Source: Tubiluchus corallicola
Lineage: Eukaryota > Animalia > Priapulida
DNA: 64,000 nt
Direction: 5' to 3'
Assembly (NCBI GenBank): GCA_030141605.1
Contig: JAQGDQ010000022.1
Span: forward strand, 682,001-746,000
Both the position numbers and the translations under genes were made by a program. This document shows positions 26,311-40,890 of the stretch, one piece after another; the stretch's first letter is position 1, and each line of letters starts with the position of its first letter. The notes under the pieces are model-generated. The model worked only from the letters and a program-made list of their open reading frames with translations, searched no databases and was not told the origin of the DNA.

Positions 26311-28799
26311 ACAATAAAATAAAATAAAATAAAACATCATCATCATCATCATCATCATCAACAACAACAACAACAAACACTATATGTGTGCAGATCACGA
26401 GTACCTTGTTACACTAATTGATTCTGCTTGCTTGTTTAAATTTATGTAACTATGTACTTTAAACTCTGATGTAGTTTTTTCCGGGCGTAGGATGCTCTGA
26501 TGAAGCTTAGCTATTAATCAGTTTTAATCTTGGAGTTCTATACATGTACTTTGTCACTTTTAAAACACGTTTGGAAATATTATGTATTACACGAAACTTA
26601 CCACACAGTTATGATATGAAACGGTATAGTTGACTTAGGAGACATGCTAAAGACTATACTAATATCCTAAAGTTTTAACAAGATTGAAGTCGGAACCAGC
26701 CATTTTTTGTCCAATGGTTTATTCTAAGTGAAAAAATGGCTTGCTTTTGTTAACACAACATTTACAATAATTTCGACTCGGGGTGTCGAGGGACTCGATG
26801 AACTCCAGATCATGGTCTAGAAAAGACTTCATTGATATTATTGCTGTCGTCTAGAATTTAAGAAGGCCATTTTCTAGAGCACTCACGTAAAGTTTCCATG
26901 TGACGATCCATTGCGAATTGGCAGAGCCTTTGGCTTTTTTTCGAAAGTGATGTTACCGCCGCTACCGTGAATTCAAAATGGCAAATCAAAATGCGGAATT
27001 CGTTATATTATATTCTTGTAAAAAGTTTCATGACGAATTCACGAAACTTCGTGCTTTCCTTCAAAAGGTTATACCCGACAAGAACAACAACAGCAACAAC
27101 ATCCAGAAGAGTATGACAAAATATCAATCATTAACATACTTTTGAAATTAGATTATAAATAATTAATCAATTGCCCATAAATCTCTAAATTAATCGCAAA
27201 AATTATTTACTTAGTTAGCAATTGCTATAGCATGGTCAAATGAACACTTGAAAAAGCTGTATTGATGCCGAACTATGATTGAATTAAACCTGTTAACGAC
27301 CACAAGCGGCTGCGTGGTTTGGAGTAATTCCAATACTTTTTATACTTCAGTAGTTTTTAACCAGTTGTATTTAACGTCTAAAATACTTTGATTTCGATTT
27401 CCCTTTAATCACTGACGAAAATTTTCTCACAGGTTTTCATTTTTGTGCCTCCTGAATTATTGGCTTCCTCAACTAGAAAAAATACTCAAAATGTTAATGT
27501 ATGCAACATATTCAGAATACCATACACAGTACATAGTAAGTAATAGGTTCTTGTTGGAGTGTTCGGAATGTCTCATTTCAAATATAATAGACTCATGTCG
27601 GTTCATCGAATTTTTGTTCATTTTTTCGCTACTTCAGTGTGCGTTTTTGCGATTCACTTGTTAAAAATAATTCATAAATAAATACGCATCAGCAATGCTA
27701 CAGCGTAGCCTCAAAAAAGTTCGTTGGCTGGTCTTAGGTAAAACGATACTGGCAGCTCTTTCGACAGGCATACTGATACACGCCTTGCGCATTGTTATTA
27801 CAGCAGATACTCCTGTCCTGAATAAAGTGCTTACGAAAGTGACATCTTCAGCGTGAAGAGAGATTTTACCTGTCTAGGATCGGTGGTTGATTAAATTGAT
27901 GGTGCTGTAAAGAATAGTCAAGTATTTGCTGTACGCCCTCAAGCGGCTGTTCAGGTTTTTGCAGGTATGCCAGGTCCCCAGCCCGGGCATCCAGGCAGTC
28001 AAGGTTTTTTGTCGGTTGTATTATGTGATTCAGTAAAACGTTAACGCGCTTGGAATCACAAACCTGTAAGACGTTTGTGAATAGAATTAATAATTTATTA
28101 GAATGAGGAATTAAACTGTTCCTCGTTGTCGTATATTACAAACCAATAACAATAATATTGTTATTATCATTTCTACAAACTTTAAACCAATATGCACGTC
28201 ACACTGTATTCTGAGATTTTACATTAATGTACTATATACAAAACTATTATAAGAACATTTCTTCTCTAGGAATTTACGAAAACACATTCAGAGAAGGCAT
28301 TCGAGCAATTTACCTGAACCTAGTCTACCTTCTTGCATGAACTACAAAAAGTACATAATGCATAAAACCAGATTCACATGCTCAAATAATACTGTATCTC
28401 CTAAGGCAAATGAAAATACCGAGTTCTTTGCTTCTGTACAGTTGAACGATTATAAAAGTAACAAAAACGAAGGTTTGAAAGTGTGTATACAGTTAACTGC
28501 TGAAGTACATTTCAAAAAAGGTAGATATAACGAAATATCTTTGGTTTTTCTCACGAAATCACACACCTTGTACTAATGTATTAGTTGGCCCAGAAGCTTG
28601 CAACAATAACTATGCCTTTTTGTTGCATTTGTTGCAGTAGGCATGCAATGCAAACGTAATGAAAACGTTTAACTACATGTGGAAAAACCTATTCTCAAGA
28701 TCTTAATAGCATACTAGGAGACGTCAAAATGTAGCTTCAATAAACTTGTAAACTTGAGCTATTACGCTATTTTTCAATTTTCCAGTCTCCAGTTGAAGT

Positions 28800-28990
28800 T
28801 GTGGAAACTGTATAATTTATTTCTTTTAACGATGTTACAGGTCTTGCATTCAGGATTGAAGTTTGAAAAAATTCTAAAAAATGTCAACAAAGTTGGTTTT
28901 AAGAAGTGTGCAGGCCTTGTAATCAACAGACGGAGCTGCATAAGAAAATGCCGCAAGTACCTTACTACCTTACTGATGTCACTCATAGGT
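28800..28990 (+). mobile_element. L2/CR1-type LINE ORF2 remnant
   Basis: Translation LQVLHSGLKFEKILKNVNKVGF...IRKCRKYLT resembles the post-RT region (LGVxLDxxLxF...IRKxRKYLT). Confidence 0.45.
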
Positions 28991-31661
28991 TACGTAAATA
29001 CATCTAATATAATACAGTATTAAAGTATAGTGGAGTTTAATCAATAACAAAAGGGCATGCAGGACTTACATTTATAGGAATTTATATAATAAGATCTTCC
29101 TTTATAGAACGTCTAGTATAATTAAAATGTTTTATTGCACACAAATGGGTGAAAATCAAAGTGTGTACCACGTCAAATTTTTCATACACAATCATTACTA
29201 ATTTTTGATGCTTCGCGTTTGTCTGCGAAATGGGTATTGACAAAAATTGGCATCAGGAGCGTGCAAAAACAGCGATACGAACGCAATATGCAGATTCGGA
29301 AGAACGAACATGGTCGACATACATGTTTTGCATCACACACAAATAAAGTTTCGATACCTTTGCAATTATTTTTTACAGTTTCTGACCCTTTGCCAGAGGA
29401 AGAGAAGATAGTACAGCTCACACGACTAAGGTGATGCCATCCATTCATTATTCTCTGAAACGTAGGCGGCGCATTTAAGGTGCGCATTGCGTCACCTTTA
29501 TCTGAGTTGTGGCACTAAATTCACCAGTAATTTGGTACACTAACCTCACCAGTGATTTTGAATCAGTAGTTCTAAGACTATTTTCGAATATATAGTACAT
29601 ACAGTCGTAAACAAATGGACGGCAAAATGTGCTATTAGTAAAATAACAAATTATAAATATTAATAAAATTTAAAAAACGCCATTAGTATTATACTACGGC
29701 TAATCACGTCTTTGACTTTACCGTTGTAAGGTTACTATATAAGCGATGTAATTTAAATGATTTTTAAAATGTCACACCTCAAAACAAATTTTGGTTTCTC
29801 CCAAGTAACGAGATCGTAAACAAGCTCAGTGTTCGCAAACTACGTGATCGTGAATATGGTAGGTTGCGTTATTCATTCCAAGCAAGAAATGTGGGAGAAA
29901 TATAGACGTGAAATACACCGCTTCTAGCTCCTATAAATAAGTATGTTGTAAAACAAACCTATTAATATTACGACAGAAGCGTTTCGCAATTTCCAAATAT
30001 ACCGTTTCAATTTAGTAGCTATATCCAATAGTTCAATAGCATTTTACTGGAAAATGCATCTGATTTCGCAAAAAATTCTACGCAGCCGAACAAATCACAG
30101 CCTTGTTACAGCAGAAACGCAGTTTTGCGCATTGGTATGCACATAAAATTAATGATGGAATTTCTGCAACTTCGTTTGTTTTGTACTTATTGACATCCTT
30201 AGTTTTGTTGAATCTCTTCCAACTACTGAGCTTTAAGTTGTCATTTAGGATATTTACATTGTTCACCTGCAGACTGGTGATCTGCTGTTAGTGCTGCGGC
30301 ACTGTATGAAGGCGCATTTTCTTCTACTTTTCTGTATTACAACACGTAACTGAACTATTCTGTTCATTGGTAGGTTGGAGCCTGCGAATGTCACGTAAGT
30401 TTGGAAACTGCGAATGTCACGCTCACGCTCTATCAAGACAAGCACGTCTACTGTACAACATTGTAAAATATTTCAACAGAACTTATGAAACAAGTGCAGA
30501 TCTATATAATTTTCTCCCCAACTTAAATGCAGTTTTACAGAGGTGAGTAGCTTAGTGTTCCTGTAAATTTAAGTGCACGACTATACTTGTAGAAAGGTTT
30601 GCAAATTATTTCTATAGGCCCATATTGTGTTCGAGGACAATTTCACCTTTTTACCACAAAACAAAGTAAAACAAAGAAGCTCACGATTTAGTTGCGTAAA
30701 GTTTCGCAGTTTGATGCAAACGTGAACTCGAAGCTAATGACCGACTCTTCTTCTCTGGAACGCCAAATGTTAAAATATCGCCATTAAACATTTTCGCATT
30801 ATTATGTAAGCCTATTTTTACTCCTCAATTAAAAGCTCCCATAGCACTAATCCAAAACGCATTTTTAGATATTCAATAACTATAAATCAGTCAATAGATT
30901 CGGGACGCATACTTGGTCTTTTAGGGTACTGAGATGCATTAGAGATCCTACTACAGCTAGGAATTAATTTGCCAGTCTATTATTGCAATGTTTTTAAGTA
31001 AATTAGTTGCGTTGAGTTTTTTTATCTCACGGCAGGGTTAATCGTTTTCAACTTTTCAGTTCCTATCATGAACATTTTGAAAATTGGACGGCGCATAACT
31101 TGCATAACGGTGGTTTGCCACGAAGAACAACAGTCGTGCTGATAAGTATTTATAATGGCGTGCATGTACAGTTGAGTTAGGCCCACAATTAATAAAAGAT
31201 TGCTGCTTTCTTGCGGCATACTAGAGAAAATTTGCCTGTTAAACTATAGATTTCTTTAAAAGGTTTTACAAAGTCTGCTCCTTCAATGACAAAATGTGTA
31301 GCTATTAAACTTTGTTTTGACATAATTGTAATATCCTGCTCACGTATTTCAAGGGTATCTATATAAATTCTAAGTTAACCTCGAGAGACACATACTTATT
31401 TGCAAATGTATAATATGTATCATCATGCATTTGAAAACAAATAGCACACGATTCTAGTCTTTCTAGAAACAGTGACTTTGTCAGCAAACGTTCACGTTTC
31501 ATCATTCATTGTCTTGCGTGCAAAACGAAAGCCTCCCAAAATATCCTAGTCGCCATTTTGATAAATCATGTTCAATACACTGAACTCCACACCATAGCGA
31601 CTTGCGAATGACTTCGTGCGTGTTATGCGAACTTTTAACTCATTGTTTATAGTGCACCCCC

Positions 31662-34351
<2,690 letters not shown>

Positions 34352-34419
34352 GATCCGCAGGTATTCCGGAAGAAACTTTAACACGTCTTCACTTATCACA
34401 CATGATTTTTCACTGAACG

Positions 34420-34865
34420 GTTACTACGTCATTGCAACTACGTAATCACGAGCTTATGAGGAACTAAAGCCCATAACAGCAACATTCAAGAAAGTTTAAC
34501 CAGTTACTGGGCGCCTGGCATTTCGCTTACATGTTTCTTCGCTCGTAGGATCGCGCTACCAATGTCACGTGACACATGCTCAAGCCGCAGGTGTAAAGGA
34601 GGCGTGGTTTGCACGCGGGTGCTAACCAGTTAAAGAAAACAGTACCAAATTTCGGATTGTAACTCAAAATACATGTAATGCAATGGAAAAGTAACGGAAA
34701 AGTAAAACACTGATTTTTAAAAAAGACAATTGGAAGCCTAATTTATTTAGATTTTCATTATTGCGCGCTGTCAGCAATAGATACGTAGAGTAGCGATAGG
34801 CCAGTTAGGCCGTCTTTTTAGAAAAACGTTGCACATAAAATAGACGCTTTATTTGACCAGTTACA
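34420..34865 (-). promoter_or_regulatory. Putative proximal promoter of the SOSTDC1-like gene
   Basis: Lies immediately upstream of the ATG and is locally CpG-richer. Contains the palindromic E-box TGTCACGTGACA (34563-34574), a GC-box-like GGAGGCGTGG (about 34598) and four CCAGTTA motifs. Confidence 0.4.
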
Positions 34866-37800
34866 GGGACAGTCTCGCGTTAATTGACTAATAACTTGAA
34901 ATGGAAATTTTAAACTTTAATTTATCCAGTCCATGTTTCATTGCCAATGTCAGGCAGCAGTGTCGTATTTCGTTTTTCGCTTCTGCAAAGTCGCAAACAC
35001 GTGAGACACGCTCGAAGAAGCGTTAAGTCTCCCAAGCTGTGACAGCGTTAGCAATGCTCCCCGGCTGCTGTTTTTCATACTTAGAATGAAAAATATTTTG
35101 GTTTTTGTTAAAGCACTAAAATGTAAAGGATGCCAGAAAATGATTTTCCCTTTTGTGCAAAAGAAACAAAAAAGAACAGACAAAACTGGTAACGCCATGA
35201 GAAAGAGCTCTTAATTTTGAGTAAAAAACACAATACGGCCCCTAATCGCAACTGTAAGGGCCATAAATGAACAGGGTACGATTCATGCCTATTTCCCAAT
35301 GGGAATATCTATTTCCCATTTTTTCAAAATTTTGTTCCTCATATTCCGTAATAAGAAGTCGAAAGAATTTAAAAATCTTAAATAAGAAATTTTATAACGA
35401 CTAAAATATTAAAAATGCGTCTATTTCGATTGTGATGACTGTTAAGTGTACAGGGCTATCATTTCCTGACACTCTGTATAATTAGACCATAGATCAAAAT
35501 GAGATTTGGCGATTTAACAGAAAATTCAGAATGGAAAATAAAATTTTTAATCTTCATAAGAATTTAAGCCTGCAATTGGTTTTTGAAACATTCATTAGAC
35601 ATTAGTATTAACTACACCCATATCTGTGCGTGTACACATCATCAAAACGTTATCTTTCATCTTTTTTTAAGAAGTACGAAGAGCCATCCTGTAGATACAC
35701 CATATAAACATTAAGTCAGGGGCACTTTTTATTTTTTATTTTTTATTCGCTGTTTATACGCTGTGTCATTGAAGTTTTTTTGTATGTGTAACTCTTTAAT
35801 GTTGACTGGTTTTTAATACCCAAATAGCGAAAGTTGTAAGCAAAACATACTTGCGTAGATAGAACTTAATACTTTAACTTAGTTTATAGCAAGTAACAAA
35901 ACGTTTACTATCGCAGCCATAGTGGTAATTGTATCTTTACTCAATGTTTGTTTAAGAGGCATAAATCGCTATAAAGGTAGTTGCTATTTATATCGGAATG
36001 ACTTATTTTGAGTCACTCTGAGAAACATTTATACTCACGCAACTGAAGATGAATTTCAAAGGCTTTTGAATGTCAGAAAGACAATATACACACGCCCAAC
36101 TGTTGAGAGCACGGCTTGCGGATGTTATTGTTGTTATATAATTTTACTTTGTTATAATGTCAAATAAATACATTGGTGTCAAATTAACATTTTAAAATCA
36201 CACCCATATTGTTTTGATATTGCATTGAAAGGCGACAGTTGTTGTTTCTTGTTCAAAACCTCTGTGAAGAATGCCTTCAAGCATATTTCTATACGTCAAA
36301 GCAAGTTAATAACCAACAGAAGTAAATCTCACAAATCACTTTTTGAATGGAAAAAGATGATCTTGAAGTTGTTGGCCAGAGAGGGGCGAAATAAAAGAAA
36401 AAATCAGATAAAACTCAGAAAAAGGAGAAAAGGGAAGAAATTTAAAATAAGGTTGTCAATTAAATCAAAAAGCTGAAATATAATCAAAGTTGTGGTGATT
36501 TAAGTGACGTGAATCTAATGAGCATCTAAAGTTTTTATGGCGTTATAACCAAATGCGGCAATTGGAAAATTTTAACAATGGCTTTAATCAGTTAATGAGT
36601 CCATAATGAGATACACACAGTAAATTTGCTGTAATTTCACAATATTTCAATCCAAACTGTGGCATAAAAGCATATTTTCTTGTTTCTTGATAGATCGAAA
36701 GATGATGATATGATAAGATAAAATAAGGTAAAATTGATTTAAAGTCAATGATTTATATGTATAACATGTTAGCTCTTTATCTACTATATTATGAGTTACT
36801 GTTCAGTGTAAAACTTAATTAGCCTAAAATCTAAACTAGTAAACTTGATGATGATGATGATGATGATGATAATGATGATAGTGATGAAAAACAATGTTGA
36901 TAGTGCGGATAACAAACAACGACAATGGCCGACGACAGCGACGACGACGATGAGCAACGTCACGGCCTAACTAATAGTTGTTAAGCAATGCATCTGCCGT
37001 TTGCGGAATAACTAGTACTTGAAGATGAAATGTGCCCACCTAAACGTTCTGCTTCCTTACGCAAAAAGAAAAAAAGAAAAAGAAGAAGAAAAAGAAAAAG
37101 AGGAGAAGAAAATTCAGAATACAACGGAGGAAAGAGAAGAGAGTTTGTCGTGTAAAAAATCCCCGAGCTAGACCAAAAGCGTTGTGAGAAGGAAGTGGAG
37201 TATTTAATTTGAGTTTCAACAAAACAAAAATAAACGTGCATGTGGTTATTAGATTATTTTGCATGTTGGAATGCAACTGAGGGAATTGTGAGCACTCAGT
37301 TATCATAGCGGCTTCATTTTTTAATTCCAGTTTACAAGCGGAAGTAATCGAGGGTCAAGTGACAGGCGGAATGCAAACAACCACTGCAGTCATCAGCGGA
37401 AGAGGGCAGACTTGTACTTTTCTATGCCGCATCTAAGCAACCAGAGCCTTTATGCTAATCAAAAAGTTGGTAAGAATATACACCAGAAAATTTTGTTGGA
37501 CAAGTTTAGTTAAGAGATATCAGCAAAAAAAAAAGAAATTAAAAAATTAAGCCTGTACGGTAATTTTAATTATAGCAGCCGTAACAGCAGTGGCAACAGC
37601 AGCAAAAGTAGTACTAATAGTAATAGTAGGAGTAAAAATCTTTATTTGTTTTTAAAACAATAAAAGCATTAGAGATAGACAGTCAGAGTTTCACTTACCT
37701 GCCACTAATACAACAAAATATTTTATAATTTGACAGCCTCTAATTACCACTAAACATTTTATGTTAGTTGTTATTTTACCAGGCAAAAGTTTTATCTTAG

Positions 37801-39993
37801 TTGTTTTAGTTGTATCAGTTTTGGCAAAGGTGCACAAATGTCAAAAATCAAGGAGCGACTCGATAACAGCACATGGTTGCCCAAATCTAACTTTTGTGTT
37901 GCCTTGAGTCCGCCATCTGCTGAATATTTAACAGATGCTTAGGAAGTGAAGCCAGAAGCGTAAGAAGAGCGGAAAAGCCGGGAATTGGCTTCCTCCCACG
38001 CCACGTAGTTTAGAGAGCCAGTTGCTTTGATGAATACCATTCCTGTGTTCATTCAGTAATGATGACTATATATGCTATGTTCATCCGTGTCAATGTCACG
38101 TTCTGGTAGGGTCTTTTACGATTTAAAAATCAATTAATGTGCACTTTTTTATATATTTCTGTTGTCTGCAAGCGGAATGCAGCACTCAATAACAGAGCAT
38201 ATTTAATACAAATCATTGTGACTGGACCGATATCTATATCCTCGGAAGGACAATGTTCAAAGCTGACCGGGCCGATATGCACGTTCCGATCCTCTCTTGG
38301 CGAGGTAAATATCCAAGCACAAAATGGTAAAATAAATTTCCCGGCAGGTGTATTGAACCAGGTGCCCTCCCATATACCTACTGACCAGGTTGGGCATTGC
38401 TTAACTTCAATCACTAAGCACGGTTATTGCTCGGTTATTCTAATCAACGACACAGCTGATTCTAAACTTTCAGTTCAATTCAGTTTCTTGTTATGTCAGT
38501 TAAAAAAATGTAGTCCTACAAATAAGCTAAAATAAGCTTATTTTTATTTCTGTTAAAAGCAAGCTAAAGCCTTAATTACTAAACATTAAAATTTCTAAAA
38601 CAACAAATATTACTGAAATCGCGAAAATTTCTAAACAGCACAACGGAAAACTAAATCGTCTTTCAAAACCAAAGCCAAGAGCAAAAACGAGTTCTCAGCA
38701 TTTGACTGAGTCCGAAATGGGCCTGAGACGTTAACATTCGAGTCACGGCCGAATACGTATTCAGCGTCCAAGAACGTGTTCGAAACTTTAAGATCGAACA
38801 CTCTTTTTTGGTTTTTTTACTTGTAGATTAAGCATATTTAACGCCGTATAAGTGAAAGGAGTGTAGGCCCTTTAGTTGTTTTTATTTATTTTGTATATTT
38901 TTAACATGCTATTCAATTGTTATTGAATATCGACTTAAAATAATTTGCTGCAATGTAGACTGAGACTAAGATTGGTTTTCGTCCTCAGCATCTAAACTAC
39001 TAGTCTAAGGTTGACTTCTACTCGTCGTCATTCGATAACTGGTTCAAGACGGTGCCTATTCGTCAGCTTTCAAAACCCGAGTCCACGGCATTCCCCGTGT
39101 CTCAGTCTGAGTTCTCAACATCCAGGACCCTGCAAGAATCCTTGCCAATCATGCTGACATTTCAAGTGGCAAGATCAAAGGCCAAAACTATGTGATTACG
39201 AATAATAAGCATACTTGCACAAATTCTAATATGTCTACATATCAATACCGAGTTACATCCCTACTTGTCATACAAAGTCTTTTTCAATTTGACACATAAA
39301 TTTTGTAACATTAGAATTATATAAATTTCAATAAAAATTGAAAATTATATGAAAAACTACTTTAGCATCATGAACAATAAAAATAAGTAAAAACTGTTAA
39401 TTTGTGTTCAAAAATCTAAAACTGCTTTGCTTGTTAACGTGTGCAGTTATAAGTTAACAGGGAAACAATTTTCTGGTAAAGAATTCCACTTACAAGAAGA
39501 TTCTGGGAAAAAGTGGATTTATAAGCAGCCGTTCTGCATCTAGACAAAAATGTAAGAACAGCATCTATAGCAGATATTACAATCAAACTGTCAGCACTAA
39601 CGAGAGGTCCCTATTCATATATAAAGATAAAAAATTTGTATCAGCTCGCTGTTGTCTTTTTGCGTACTGAATCAGTATTAGCAGCAATACAAATTTAAAC
39701 TTCTGATGGCCGTTAGACGCAATCATTTCAAATAACTTTATCTTGTCTACCGGATTAGTAATATGTTTTAGTGAACCAGTGACGTTTTTGTAGTACACTA
39801 GGATAGTGAAAAGGTGACATTTTACCAGCTGGCGCGAATATGTTAAATTATTAAGAACGTTCTTTTTCAGTTACATTTCTCTTTCAAACAAGTACGCGAA
39901 ATGCACACCTTTAATGCTTAGTATGGAAAGCCGTTGAAACATAATTTAAAAATTCCCTTTCTTCCTCTTTTAAAAAAAAGCATAAAGAGACTG

Positions 39994-40079
39994 GTGAACA
40001 AGGGTTGACTCTAGACCAGACCCTAGAACATACTGAAAGGCTATTTTACGGGTCTGATCTAGAGTCAACCCTTGTTCAC
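39994..40079. repeat. Near-perfect 30-bp inverted repeat with a 26-nt spacer (hairpin)
   Basis: GTGAACAAGGGTTGACTCTAGACCAGACCC (39994-40023) vs GGGTCTGATCTAGAGTCAACCCTTGTTCAC (40050-40079), 29/30 complementary. Confidence 0.9.
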
Positions 40080-40519
40080 TATTGTGCGGGTTAAGGTAAC
40101 AATGGCAATATAGGTACCAGCAATGGCTGCAGTATAGCTTCTTATGATAAATATTTATGAACACACGGTCATGTGCTATACAATACAGAGATATCTGCAT
40201 TAGATTAGTGTAGACCTATATCCTTTGACTCTGTTGAATTTGCATATTTTGAAATTATCACAGACTGTAATTGTATGATGTAGGACATAACTCGTTTATT
40301 TGATTAACACGAAACTTGTTAAATGACAAGGAAAGGGGTACATGAAATAGAGAAGTAGGTTTCAGAAAAATCGCCTTAAAATTATGTTATTTTATGGCAA
40401 TTTTATGCGTATATTGTACTCGCGTTGAAAGGATTTTTTGTTTGATTTCATTTTGATTCTCCAGCAATACTGTTCCGGCCGTGCCGTTCCACGATGTTAC
40501 ATACGTACAATGTAAATGT

Positions 40520-40890
40520 TTTCACCAATTGGTAAAATGTCGTTGACTCACGTCCAGGGTGCACCACTCACTAACCAAAAAAACGTATTTTTAATGTTTA
40601 TACAAGAAACAGTAATTTAAAAGTTTACTTAGTTTGTGACGTGTGCGCTACGAATGCTCAGATTATATTTTCAAACTTTACTCAGTGTTATCTGAACTTG
40701 TTTCAAATGACTTATCGTCGAAACGGCTGCTCTTAACGGTCATCGTGGGAGTTTAAATTTACGTGTTTTATACAGCGTTACTGCTGACGCAAGCCCTGTA
40801 TACAAAAAGGCAGCATGTAAGTGGTAAAAAATTTCAAGACGAATTTTTAAGCTTTATGTAAATGGAGTGTTTTCTTGTGCTTTAAACTGT
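40520..40890 (+). repeat. Dispersed repeat, copy 1 (copy 2 at about 43490-43825)
   Basis: Collinear shared blocks GCACCA..ACCAAAAA, GGTCATCG(T/C)GGGAG, GACGA.TTTTTAAG and TTTTCTTGTGCTTTAA. Confidence 0.6.

Noticed and set aside
38130-38535. Overlapping 94-aa and 132-aa ORFs
   Set aside because: No recognisable domain or splice context. The short internal repeat (GACCG..CCGATAT) suggests a repeat element that I cannot classify.
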